Translations under genes and position numbers: made by a program | Origin: Catajapyx aquilonaris | Taxonomy: Eukaryota | Length of the DNA: 64,000 bases | Direction: 5' to 3' | NCBI GenBank assembly: GCA_000934665.2 | Contig: JYFJ02000337.1 | Coordinates: 62,001-126,000 of the forward strand | Shown: piece by piece, positions 1 through 13,365 of the stretch | How positions within the stretch are numbered: position 1 is the stretch's first letter | How the letters are laid out: each line of letters starts with the position of its first letter | The notes under the pieces: generated by a model | Told to the model about the DNA's origin: nothing | What the model saw: the letters and a program-made list of their open reading frames with translations, nothing else | Database searches by the model: none

Positions 1-3000
1 TTTGCTGGTTGTATCATGATGGTAATTGAAAGTGTGTTTGTACAAACTAAATCTTGAATCTGCGTATATTAAACAGTGTATTCGGACAGTCTGTGTTCAA
101 TGTAAATTACGATATAAATTATTTAGTGTAGGATATAAATGGGCTATTTTTCTTCTGGATTTTTTACAGAAATTATATAGTGCAACTAAGGTCGTGCATT
201 TCGTAACTTCATTTGTTACCCCAATGTGACCGCGACAGATTGTGAGAGATGGGAAGATAATTGACACAAAAATACTGCAGAAACTCATGTAAAAATAGCA
301 CGATCTTGCACAGCGTTTGTATAATTATATTCCCTGCACGATGTGGGATTTTCCCTCGGAGGTCATCACTCAGCTGTTTATATATTTACATATAATATAT
401 GTAATAATACGTCGTATATGTCAGACGAGACTTTTGCAAGGCTCTAATAATTTAATTGTGTCTAATAAAAACACACTTGTTCTTTAAATAGAAAAAAAGG
501 TGTATGGATAATCTACGTCTTACTCAAGGCATGGTGGGTCAGTATAAGTCTGAAAGCCGTATTTTGTACAGTATGAGACAGCATCACAGTGACTCAAAGC
601 AATAGCCGATACACACAACACATGAGGATCATAATAAAAGATTAGACTACATCTGTTACATTGCAGTAATGAGTCTACAAATGGCTTCATGCATCAGATG
701 TAGCTATCAGAACATTAGGCGATGAAATCGTAAATCGGTACGGCAAATAGGTTCTGGATTGTATATACAGACCCATGTATAGCTGATCTTAGTAGATTGT
801 GTATGTTCACACATATGTAGGGTCTGCTATTTTATAGAGTGGGTGGCCTATGCAGCTGTCCATTTATGACAGCAATATTCTTAGCGATATAGGTTTGCCA
901 TTGAGATATATCGTAACAAACACTGACAATGTATATATGGTGAACGGGTAATACCGGTTAACAGGGCCAGATGCAAGCTACTTCCCTATATATACATGCA
1001 GTATATTTATTGCCCCATATAAGAATATCAGTGTATATATCTCTATTATTCTTAATCAAGTACCGCTGTACATTTATCAAAGATCATTGGCAAAACGTCA
1101 ATTGAAAATTTTACTACAATATGCCGGCAGAATTGTATATATACTCTGCATCCGTTGTACAGAGTACACTTTTGAGATAATAGCGATTAGAGAGAAATGT
1201 GGAGGTTTGTTGCCAAGGAAACTTACTAAAATAGCATTGCACACGGCCATATGTAACCGCACCAAAGTCCAGGAATATATTGATGACATATTGGAACAGG
1301 ATGCACGACGACACCGCTTATAGGCCGTCTATTAATCAAACGGCCCCGCCATAAGTGACCAATCTGCCATTATAACAAGTTGTAATGAGCAAGTCAGCGT
1401 ATGGAAGCTGATTGGAAATCGGCCCCGAGTGAAGGGTTTCGGGTTACAAGGTTTGCATACAGAAGAGGGTAATTGATTGTTACCCCGACGATGATGGTAA
1501 AAATCCCCCCTCACCACTTTGGTGGCAACTTCCAGAATACGCCTCGTGGACAGCAGCTTCTTTACGGAACGTAATTGAAAACGTGACGGAAAGGTTACGA
1601 CCTGAATTACAAAGAAGCAGTTCAACTGCGATTGGGAAATCGGGTATGCGTACTTATTACAGCGTAATCAAAGTATGTGGAGGATTTTCGGGATAGCTAT
1701 TTCACGTGCTGATGAATTAGCCCGGATATACACGCCGGACAAGTTTTTTCGTTGGTAATTATTTCGTGAACGTGGTTTAAAACTTTTAGTAAGCTGTTCA
1801 TTATACGTGGTACAGACTCAAATGTTACAGCCTCGAAAGCCGTATAGCAAATGAAAACTATTTCTCACACTTTGTGACAAGGACAACCCGTTACTCCCTG
1901 ACATATTCACATGGTAGGCCGCTGAATATATTCCCCTCACATATATAGCAGGCTTTCGTTGACCAATCCCGCATTCAAAGGCCATAACCAGGACTAACTT
2001 TAATCCGTATGTATGGGCGAGTAAAGGGTGTGCAAGTCCTATTCAAGCCACCATCCGGATGACTCCATGTCAACCCTCAACTTTACACAAGGCTCGCCCT
2101 TACCATTGAAATGTTCAACCCCCACCTCTTTCAGATATGGATTATCTGACTTCTTTTCATATCGTGGCCTCTATATAGCACCGGAGACACGTCATGAGAA
2201 CAAAAATTAAAGTTTCGTGACTTACTTACCCAATGGCCCCTCTTGCAGCTGCCATGCTCCGGAAGCCTCCTGCACGAACCTTTAAAAAAGACACAAGTGT
2301 TATTTCAGCCCATTTGGAGTTAGACTTAAATTGCTATTCAGTAAGCACGTGCATTGGATATAACTTTTTTATATATATAAGTTATCACAAAAAAATATAT
2401 ACATTTCCCCTCTTCTCTCGACGGGGAATCTGAATGATGTAACCCACCACCGTCAGTCTACTTGACAGGAAGGAAACTCTGGCTAGAAGAAAACTCCTCC
2501 TACTTTCAGACAAAATCTACACAAAAGGCTTTGTTGCTGTCAGATGTGCGCCTGATTAATCATATCTTGGCTTGGCCCGTCCTAATAGCATTCGTTTTAT
2601 TCTTCATAGCAGGCGCATGGCAGGAGAGTCAGGGATCATCCCAGGCCCACAGATTCTCAAGGAGATTCTTTTTACAGCCCAACAAAAGAGTATAAATTAG
2701 GGCAAAAGTGGAAACCATTTTGGATACAATAGAGGAAAGTGTTCCTAATATAAGAGAGAACCTTGGCAAAGATTGATCATTTTTCTTGCATAAAAATTGT
2801 TGAAATTGTACAGCCGTTCAATTATTGCTTATAAACGAAGATTCCTGATGACATCATGGAGGTAACTGTTCACAGTTCAAGTGTCACCTTAGTTAGTACG
2901 TGACATAACAGCAGCGGCATCCATATGTGGTCCTAATTACAGAGACATTAAAAACTTATTAGTAAGGCGGTGTTACCGCACATTCAACCGGCCTTGAAAT

Positions 3001-3699
3001 AACGCCATGATGATATCTCCCCCATTATTTATGGATCACTTTGAGAGGATCCCGCTGCGTTAATACCCAGTTGAAACGCTTTTTGCACGCGTAAATAAAT
3101 CCCACTGGCCCGATATTTACAACACGATAACAGCACCCCCCAACTTTTTTATTATATTTATCAATGTGGCACTGATTGAGGAGCAATACAACACTTTACA
3201 ATCCTGCATTGTACTCGCTCTAAATTTACAGCTGGGCAATGAACTGTGCGAATCATCATCTGCTGGTCTCTTCTTCTGCAGTAATTCTTGGGCACATAAC
3301 TGTTACGTCTGTTGTTTCTTTTGTTGCTCACGGTGATTTATTCTTCAACCCAACCTTCATTTCGATTTCTTCGGTTGTCATCCCAAAAGGGAAGGACAGG
3401 TGCTGGGTCCAACTTCACATTCCCAAATATGTTTTCAATTATGTGACCAACCTCCAACCGGTTTTTCGAGCGATTATTGTCGGCCACCACACAGGATGAT
3501 CATGGACGTGCGGTCTGAATTTTATGCGCATATTTCCGTGACGAAGCGTAACGGACCTGATCATGTGAAAGTCTCACATCCACTGTAATTATTGTATGTG
3601 ATTGCAGGTTTTGCTGGGCGATGGGAAATGATACGCACGCGATGGATACATTTTGTGCAAATTATATGAGACATAGATTCTTTGGCCATATAGTTGCTA

Positions 3700-3951
3700 G
3701 TGAGGACAGGCGTGGCAACAATACAGTGTGAAAGAAGGTCCAGTTTGGAAGCCCAGAAGTCTTATAGGGAACGTGCGCTTGCAAGCAGCTCGACGATAGC
3801 ATCTGACGTTTATAGCGGGGCGTGGCATGCACGCCTAGGAGTGTGGAAGATGGATGTCAGGCATGCCATGAGGAGGAAGTGTCCATACCAGGACAGCAGG
3901 TGGGCCATCCATCCTGTATATGCCCGCCAGATAAAAACATGATGATGATGC
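3700..3951 (+). mobile_element. possible degraded 3' end of a non-LTR retrotransposon (RTE-like)
   Basis: Peptide ...ARLGVWKMDVRHAMRRK...QDSRW loosely resembles LINE ORF2 C-termini and is followed at once by a (TGA)n tail at about 3940-3950. Confidence 0.3.
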
Positions 3952-6900
3952 TATGGACGGATAGATGTTGGAAAAGGCCTAAAAATCCCCGGCAGCAGCT
4001 GCAGGAGAAAGCACCTTTCGATCAAATTAGGACCAACTAATCGGCTAGAGTATGAATTATGCATGGCAATATCAAGCATCTCACCATACATATTTGGGAA
4101 GACTGGAAGGGCGATAATGCGGCGCACATAAGAAGAAAAACACGCCTACACCTTCAGGTCACATGTCAATTACTGATGTTGATATAGATTGGTGTGTCTG
4201 ATAGTATGTCAGTCCGACGTGGGCTGCGCAATATGCAGATGAGCAGTCGGGACAAAAGTCAGATGTCAGTAGACTGACAATCTGGAGCTGGGCAGTGTGT
4301 CATACTTGGGAAGATGTCAGATTTTTATTAGTTTAAATCTGGTTAAATCGTAGCACTGGCAAGCAGGTGACACGTATCCAAAAAGCACTAAAATGTTTAC
4401 AACTTGTCCTACTAGCCGTTACTTTTTCCTAGAAAAGTTCTTAAAAGTTACGTAACCCTGAGGTCACCCTTTCCACTGATTTTACGCCTGTTTTTGCACC
4501 CATAGTACATAATAGGAGGTGTCAAACGTGCCCTACAAATGTTGAAATATGGGCTTTTCACCCCTTTTCTCCTCCCAGCCTAAGCATCCTATTATCCCTC
4601 CTAAGATCGAGTTTGGTCCCAATTGGATGTGGGTCAGCTCACACTTAACTAATGCAGTCCATGGGCCACACTTCCTTCCAAGACACCTATAAAGATCCCG
4701 TTCAGAAGCGAAAGACGGGGCCAGCCGCCAAAATGGGAGGAGAAAAACAAAGAAAGGCAGCAAATTACTTCTCCACCTCCTACAGAAAAAATTAGGGAAT
4801 TACCGCCTTCTAAATAGGAAATCTCTCATTTGGGTGATCGGTGCCTGAGGATACTCCAGCCCTAAAATTGGGCGCCCAAAAACACTAATTACAGCACCAG
4901 GATTACTACACAAAAAAAATCCAGCAAAGTCTCGCCACCTTACACGAAATCCTTAATCAAAGGGTTTGTTTTTCTCCAGTTGGGGGATGGTGGTCAGAGG
5001 GTGCAAGAAGTGGGCACTACCAAGGATGTCCTCCCTAATCACAGGTTTTTGGGGAGGGCTGGGCTGCCAACTCTGGCAATAAAAGTGAAAGATCACCAAT
5101 CAAATGCTCCACCCATTGCTTCTTTTTGTTCTCCGAGAGATACACAGGTACACTCTCGAATGTTGAAAAAAAAAATTTGTCCTATGATTTGAAAGAGTTC
5201 CGCTATTTTTCCGGTTCGATTAAGAGTGGTCAGTAGCCCCCAATTTGCTCGCCTGGATAACACCTCGAGCAGGCCTTCATCTGCGAAAAATTCTTGTTTT
5301 CTGTCGCGACGTAACCGCCGGAGTAGCGCAGTTGTTATCAAGAAATCGGCAATTATTCTCCGACCAGGAAACACAGATTGCAGCGTTTGGTGGGTGGGGC
5401 AAAAAGTGGAGTTGCGGCTTTTTAGCTGAGGATATCAATGCGAAGGAGATCGGCATTTTGTGGCCGTTTTTGTTGGTTAGGTTAATTGGGGCTTGAATCT
5501 GGGTCTTGCAATCAGAGCTGGGCACGTGCAAATGCTGGGAGCCATTACAGTGGAAGGAAAAGGACAATCGGGCATCGGATGTTGATAGGTAAATGACTTA
5601 TTGGGTCGTTTGTGGAATGCTGAGTAGGCCTGGAAGCTGATCGTAAGTTCAGATATGATCTAGTGCTTTTTAAAAGTAATGAGAAGAGAGAAGAAAGTGC
5701 TGGCTGATTTCGAAAAAAGAATTAATATTTTCAAGAAACTATTTATTTTTCCCTGAACCAAGTAGGATTTCTAGTTGCCGTGTAAAATTAATATTGATCT
5801 GATGGGTAATTATATTTCAGTCTTAGATCATTCCTACTTTGCGTAAAAAGTGACGCCTTCACTCATCCTTTCATCAACTTCAGACAAACCGGATCATCAG
5901 GTAAACACTGATTGATATAAGGCTTCCACATGTTTTTGGACGGTTTGGGCCGTTTATGGAAATTGTTGGTTGATGATGACGCAAATTATGTGAGACGAAA
6001 ATCAGGGAGCCAGGCCTGTAAAAAATGGCCTTGGCCAGACATGCTTATTCACTCGCGTCATTTTACACAGGTTTTTTTTTGCTAAACGTTGAGAAAATAA
6101 CTTCTCTCTCCTGAAACTATTAATAGACTATTAATAGGCGCAATAATATTATGTAGCATGTCATAATGCGCACCCCTTATGACGATCTGTGATCACCTTC
6201 TAAGGAGCACAAAGCAGTCTTTCAGTTTAGCATCTTTGGATGCACCGACACAACAGTTGTAGGATGAGGAAGAAACACGCTATAGGTTCTTGCTTCTTGT
6301 CACACTTCTTGGGTGTGGCAAGTTTAGTGTATGTTGGCCGATGTGTGGTCTGCGTCTGCAAAGTTGATGGACAACTTTATAATGATGGCCAGTATAGGGT
6401 CAAGCCTTCCCAGCAGCACAACCATATACTGCACATGCCGGATTTCAGTTCATGCCTATGTACTAATGGCCTGTGCACTAAGGCTATTAACTCTGTTGTA
6501 TATTCAGAACACCAAATGCGTGGGGTGTACTTATACAGCACTAAACCACATAAATTAATTCATTGTCTTAGTTTATACAAAGCTCGTCTGAAATCGTCTT
6601 ATCAAGATTGTGGTGTCGCGTTATGAAAATATCGCTTCTACTTTGCATTCAATGCATTGGAAATTAATGGAACGATTGTGTTAAGTCACTCCCTGACTAT
6701 TTCAGTTTATTGCACTGGACGCATCTATTTTTCGTCCAGCGAACTGGCTTTTCATTCCAACCCCCATATCTATATGACTCGAGTACAATAAATATTCAAA
6801 ATTTCATTAAAATTACCACAATTCACGGATCAGATTTAAACTTAATCTCTTAGAAAGATAGTGTTCTAAGCAAAAAAATCAAAGCATGATGGTAGTGATT

Positions 6901-9900
6901 ACTGTACAACCAATAGTAACATGTGTGAACCTCTCCTGCCCATTCAATATATTCCAACACATTAAATTGGCAATTCTGAGTACCCCCAGCGGCGGATGCT
7001 GGCCTGATGTGCAGCTTAACTAGATCTAATCTCCAGATATCATCATCCCTTCCCATCCATCCCAGCATATCACCCCGCCTGATGCTGCCATCACCCCCCT
7101 TTAAACCCAACCAATGTCCATGCGCAATGGCATTGACCAAAAGAATCCCAGTGATTGAGTGAACAGGGTGGGCAAAGCCTGCCGCTTGCTCGCTCCGGCC
7201 CCTATCAATCATCATCATCTACCGCAGCCGGTTATATACATATGTGTGTGAATTGCCTCGGACTGCCTTTGCACTCGCCGGCTTTGCTGCGGGTGCATGG
7301 GAATCAGACCAGGGCTCCAATCACGTCCATTACGTGACCTTCTCAAGAGTTGACATCCTCCATACCCAAGGGGAAGGTCTGCCTGCATGCTGGATCTGAT
7401 GGATCTATTACTTGGGACGATGCAGCAGTCACACGAGGATATAGAGCTCTTGGAAGTGGTTCTTCACGAGTGGTCTGCCTTCGTGACATCGCAATGTGTA
7501 AACATAGCTGATGACACTATCTATCAAAAGAAAATATATGTATAGACCAAGCCTGGAGCTATATTTGATGAAAAACAAAAACACTGGTTGATTTTTAACA
7601 TATGTATTATTTCAAAGACACCGTTCAAGTCAAGTTTACAAGCACCTAATGTTCGGACACTGCATGACTAGCGTAATTAACATTTTTTAACCCAGCAAAA
7701 CACGTACGCATAAAAATTCCAGCGATGATGTACCGTAGCCGTGTTAACAAAGTGAAAAAAATGGCGCTTGCTAATTAACCTTTCCGTTGGACACCATTTC
7801 AGATGTAATCAGAAGGGCCTAAAAGAAACAATGTGATTGGAAGTGTGCGTTAAAAAAACGCGGAAGTCAATTAGCATTAAACCCGTTGCCGTTACCACCT
7901 GTTCCGCCAACAGCCAACCGCAGTCACGCATTAATGGACTGTAAATAAATTCCAGAGATATGGCCCGGGTCAATCAGTGGAAGATGCCCTCCCATACGGA
8001 TGATGGCCCCGGGGCCGCCCCGAGCCCCGCCCTGTAATTTAGGCAAGTGGTTGGACACTGGCCATTACCCAATCGGCCAGAGTAGCAATTGCACTGGGTC
8101 CAAAACTGGTCGGATGGCTATTTTGAGGAGAGACGTTCCCTTGACTAATAGGCTTCTTGCTAACGGAATTTAATTGCGGCGCTTATTAAGAAGTCCCTCG
8201 GTGGTCAAGTTCCAGGGTGGTCATTTGTCAGCCGCTATCAGATACAAGTCTGATGGCAAGAAGAAGGAAATGCTAATTTATGTTGACAAAGGTGGGAGTC
8301 GAGGAACCGGACACTGAACGTGTAAATATAAAAACATGGCAAGACCAAATCTGAAGGTGGCTCTCAGCTGCCGGTACACTGTTATATTTATGGTTGCATC
8401 ATCTGATTTCAGATGCACTTACCTACGCACTCTTCGTTAGGCACAAAAAGCCTGGTAACGGTGGACAGAGTGAAGGCAATCAGGAAATGGGTCTAAATTA
8501 ATGTGTGGGTTGGGATTTCTAGCCAAGTGAATATCATTAATGACATATTTATAACTTTTTTTTGTAATTAATGAAGACTTGAAATGCATACGAATGCTTT
8601 CGAATCATGAGAGTTTGCTACACCAGATGCATTAATTTTTTTAGATGCATTTGTAGAAAAGTGACTTGACAATCATGACTTAATTAAGTTTCATAAGACT
8701 GAACGTAAATTATAAGGAGAGTATGTTACACATGACATGCCAATATCTGCATGTAATCACAGATTTTTTTTAAATCACTAGGGAACACTCATTCAGGAGA
8801 ATCATCGGTTTTATCCTGGAAGTTATAGACTACCCATAGACAGGAAAGACCTACAGGAAGCTCTGAATACTTAGGATAAACATCATTTTATTCATGTTTA
8901 TCCTAACTCTGCAGAGCTTCCCATCAGTCTATCCTGCTCAAAATGTAGTCTAAATTACAGGATGAACCGCCCTGCAGGGATGCAGCACTACCCACCAAGA
9001 AAAGTTTCTGCCAGACATATCCTGACTGAGACAATCATGTCGAAATTGTATCTCCAATATTTCTGCGCAACATAACGTACATAATTCAGCTATGTAATCG
9101 CACCATATAACGCTAATTCACGTTATATAACTATGGTAATTTGAGTTTTTATTGCCGTTTACCCCAAATCATCTGCATACTGAAAAAACTCATCGCAGAC
9201 TAATTGGCCTCTACTTCTACCTCTGTGGCCACATCGAGCGGTCATTGCCCCTCCATACCACCCGTCACTCAAAAGTGGACGCTATTCCCTTCTCTGGACA
9301 CCTGCCATTATCAATTTTCTTCATTCCGTGATCCCCCAGCATCACCCACAACGGTCCACACAATTTGACGCAACCGCCCGGAACTGGCATTGTTTATTTG
9401 CAATGCACCACCCCGCTGGAGAAAAGGCGTTGGCATTTTGCAGTGCTATATGGATACAACCTGCCATTCAGCCCGTCCCTCAAAGCACAAAATCTCCACA
9501 CACCGCCAATAGGGGTAGCACGAAAGGGTTGAACCTTATCCTAATTTGGGCCCACCCCCTGAGGCCTCATTTCGCGTACTACCAAATCTCCTCTGGGAAA
9601 AAGTAGAAGAAAAAGAGGCAACTTCCTCTCCATTCCCAATATGCAAACCACACCCATTGCTAAGTGGCAATTTTTTTTTTTCCCACGACCGCAAACGGTC
9701 TGTGGATGTTTTTCCCTCAGGTTGGGAGTCGCCTATACTACCAAGGTGTGGTGCTTTGCAACCTTGCACGTGCAGGGCTGCCCCGATGCATGTCATGCTT
9801 GAGCAACAGGTGTCTTCCCCATGGGCAATCAGCCCTCCAGAAGAATCTTTTCCCTCCTCCCAGTGACCGACTTTCCCTCTGGTGCTGCGGGTGACACTCC

Positions 9901-11518
9901 AGAAATAACACCTCATAAATGTCTGGAGATGCTATCGGTCGTGTTGGTTTTAATGGCTATTGGCTCGGGCATATCGGTATGGTCGTATGTAGGTGGTTTA
10001 ATTAAGAATAGATTAATGAGGACAAGGTTGATTATGCTTATGATGTACTGGCAATAATTTCTAGTACAGTATATTTTCGGCTACAGGTGGTGTTTTTTAC
10101 TGGATGAGCGACATTTTATATATGCATATATGTCGTCTCACAGGCTACATGTGATTTTATCATTAATAAATTTGTGCCCTAATTACTATTACGAAAGATA
10201 TTATTAATAGAAGCGTCTCAAATTATTCCACAAAAATCAATTATCTTACTCTATTATAGGCATATTAATTTGATAAATTAATAGTAATTAAGATTTTACA
10301 GATAATCAATAGGCTATTGTTCAGTAATGGAAGCTATTTAAATTTTCTTATCGTTTCACAATTAATAAATTTTGAGAAAAATCATAATTACATTAATATA
10401 TTTCCCTATAAGTCAGTGATGAAGGATAGGGCCTACTCAAGTTAACCACAAGTAGGCTATGAGCTGAACGTGACACATTCTGTCTTATAAATGTAGCAAA
10501 ATTCCTTATGCCATCTTTATCACTGACTTCCCTTTATACGAAAATTTCATTAATCAACATCAAGTCATCAACACATGTCCTTGTTAAAGTTCGGCAGCAA
10601 TGAATCACAATCACTGAATTAGCTAAAATATGACTCATACTATAGGCCTATACAGGAAAATACATTACAAGCAAAATTACAATTGATTTTTACCATTATT
10701 TCAGCCAGCTCACAAGCCATAGGCCCTACTATTGGTGATTAAAAATTCCATTACCGACCCGTACAAGATATGGCGGTCCAGAAATGACATCTCATAAATG
10801 TCCCTATATGATGGCATCGACAGAAGCTCCGCTGGTTTTAATGGCCAATCAAACTAGCGATGATATCGATATGCACCCCTGCGAGCCATGGAGTTTAACG
10901 ACTCCCATGAACAAGAGTTGTGGATAGTATCGACGGCATTCCGGCTTAATGACGCCATTGAACCGTGGTTAGGTAAGAACACGGGTTGCCAGATGTGGTC
11001 GGTTCCTGTAAATCGGAGGAAACAAGGGGGTGGAGATGGCCAGCTCTTCTCCCTGGGATGTCACTGATTACATGGATCACCAGGGGTTAGAGAGAGAGAG
11101 AGAAAAAAAAACTCCAAAGACGGAAAAAAGAGTAGAATTTAATGAGACGCCTCGACGCAACTTAACCGCCGTTACTTGAATTCGGAGAGACGTTTGCGAT
11201 CACACTCCGCCTTTAAATGAGCCTATTAGACACCCCTGAAGTCAGCGGGTGGAAACGATTACCATTTTTTCTATGGTCGGCGAATTAAAAGGCGCAGGAA
11301 TGTCATCTGGTAACACTTCTCAACAAAAGAGTCTCCCACAAATAAAGCCTACAAATGAGCTTATCAGTGTTAATTAGTGCGTTTCAATCCCAATGTCATT
11401 GCTTACCTGGGGTATACCCGTAAATATCTTCACGCCATTAAACGCTGAGAGTTAAACCTTTATAGGTGCCATGATTTTGGATCAGAGTCACCCCCATACA
11501 ACTGGGACAAGGCCACAA

Positions 11519-11598
11519 TGGTGCCAGCTGGGATTCGAACATAACTACTTCAGGGTACGCGTATAGACCACCCTTGCCTCATTGCCCATGCCAGACCC
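11519..11598 (-). mobile_element. degenerate tRNA-derived sequence (SINE head or pseudo-tRNA)
   Basis: Minus strand ends GTTCGAATCCCAGCTGGCACCA (B box, CCA-like end) with a weak A-box-like segment upstream; no clean cloverleaf. Confidence 0.4.
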
Positions 11599-12012
11599 TC
11601 TCCCCCACCCTCCTGCCGGCATTTGAATTTTTAAGCGCACCCCCAGGCGGTCAAGGCAGACACGCCATGAATCGGAGACAGATTGTGTTCTCTCCCCCTG
11701 TTGTATCGGGAAGGTTTTACCTAAGACGAATAAACTCCGGTAAGCCGAGAGACAGGTACAATCCAGAAAACCCTCAGGCAACAGCCCTATTGTCCAAGGC
11801 TTCTCCGGTAGATGGCGGCTGCGTCTGGTTCCTGTGTAGTACAGTACCGACGTCACAGCAATTGTTAGAATTGTTTTAACTTACGCAGGGACGTCAGTAC
11901 CATTTTAAGACTAAATAAAGGGATGAAAGCAAATTGGCATGGATCTGGAAACAGCAGTGTATTTCCCACATTGGTACAAAAATAAATTATGGAACAATTT
12001 TTTCTCACAAAA

Positions 12013-12020
12013 TATGTACA
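12013..12020 (-). promoter_or_regulatory. Pumilio response element in presumed hairy 3'UTR
   Basis: mRNA-sense TGTACATA matches UGUANAUA. Confidence 0.5.
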
Positions 12021-12033
12021 ACAAAAGTATCTT

Positions 12034-12056
12034 GGGAAGACGTTGGATTTTGTTGT
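12034..12056 (-). promoter_or_regulatory. extended miR-7 target site (GY box plus 3' pairing) in presumed hairy 3'UTR
   Basis: Plus strand GGGAAGACGTTGGATTTTGTTGT vs miR-7 UGGAAGACUAGUGAUUUUGUUGU: 18/23 identical (nt 2-8 and 13-23), so the minus-strand mRNA is complementary; about 545 nt past the stop codon. Confidence 0.85.
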
Positions 12057-12057
12057 G

Positions 12058-12065
12058 TAAGGCAC
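12058..12065 (-). promoter_or_regulatory. miR-124 8mer seed site in presumed hairy 3'UTR
   Basis: mRNA-sense GTGCCTTA (plus strand TAAGGCAC = miR-124 nt 1-8). Confidence 0.55.
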
Positions 12066-12600
12066 TTTACAATGTTGCACTGATAAGAACCTACAATATT
12101 AACACACGACACAATGGGTTTAACCACATGTCAAAAAATATTCCTTAAATTCAACATTACAAGTAAAAAGAAGAAACGTGCTTTGCTGTAACTACAACAA
12201 TTAAAAATATTGGAAGTAAAAACTGGATAGATTGCGCTTACATAACAAAGAGTTGCCACCTTAACAATAAAAAAGTAGCCATTCGAGATCCAAGTAAATA
12301 GTCAAGCGATAACTACAGCTTCTTTCAACTGCAATATAAGGCTCGTCAGTCTTATCAACATCATCAACACAGCCGTGACTTGGACTCCTCCCTTTGATCA
12401 GGTGAAACTAGCAATTTACAAGGGAAGGAAAAAAAAAACACCTAGCAGGTTCGGCTAATGGTAACGGTGGCTTTTTAAAAAATGTACAAGGCAATACCCT
12501 ACAAATGTCCCACATGCATCACCTCGGCCGGAACCCCAACTCAACGGTCGCTGATTGTCAAGGCAGTTGGAAGGCCTCCCAGGTCATGCAAGGCACTGTG

Positions 12601-13365
12601 TCACCACGGACGCCACGGCCTGTCGTCCGAGTCTCCGGAGGAACCAGGTCGAGGGCTCTTGACCATCGCCAATGGTCGCGCCAGTCCGGGACTGCTCATC
12701 CTCAGCTCCGACACCTCACTGCTGGCAGGGCTCAGCGAACTTGGGGTCCTGGAACCCATGGACCCGACGGAACTGATAGGGCTGAGGGAAACACTTGGTC
12801 GAGGAACTGTCAGCTCAAGAGGTTTGTCCAGTGGGGTGGGGGACGACGGCGATGGTGTGGCCGAACTCATGTGCGTGTGCATCGGCATGGGTGGTGCTGA
12901 TGGTTGTTGCGGATGCTGCTGAGAAGCCGAAGAACTGGAGCTCAGATACTGGCTGGGCACCACGAAGGCAATGTCCCCGTTGGGCAACCGGGTAGGTACA
13001 AGTTGGAGTCCGCCGAACACGTTGCTTCCTTCCCCCGAGACGCTAGCACCGGAAGGTACCTGATGAAGTGGCGGTGCAGGTGCAGGTGGCGTACCGCTTC
13101 CCGTACTAGCAGACCCCGCAACTCCGTTCAGACATGTCCCAAGATGCGTCAACAGCCGCTGTTTCACCTGCTGGTCCACCGTCTCCACTCGGCTGATAAA
13201 CCGTCCCACTTCGTTAGCGCACTCGGCAAACCCCGCTCTGTACTTGTTGACCACACTGGGGTCAGCAGCAACCGCCAACGCCAACTGATGCCGCTGAAGC
13301 ACCTGCAGGTGTCTCACTGTCATCTCCAGGATATCCGCCTTCTCCAGCTTAGAATGCCTCGCCGG
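12601..13365 (-). CDS. h: hairy coding exon 3 (helix 2, Orange, Ser/Pro-rich region, WRPW)
   Basis: Acceptor [22 protein letters not shown] runs into the 240-aa ORF ending PWRPW-TGA. Confidence 0.95.
   Translation of the reverse strand, partial: PARHSKLEKADILEMTVRHLQVLQRHQLALAVAADPSVVNKYRAGFAECANEVGRFISRVETVDQQVKQRLLTHLGTCLNGVAGSASTGSGTPPAPAPPLHQVPSGASVSGEGSNVFGGLQLVPTRLPNGDIAFVVPSQYLSSSSSASQQHPQQPSAPPMPMHTHMSSATPSPSSPTPLDKPLELTVPRPSVSLSPISSVGSMGSRTPSSLSPASSEVSELRMSSPGLARPLAMVKSPRPGSSGDSDDRPWRPW

Noticed and set aside
12034..12056. a mir-7 paralog gene on the plus strand
   Set aside because: No complementary star arm nearby to form a hairpin. The mismatches fall at nt 1 and 9-12, as expected of a target site on the opposite strand.
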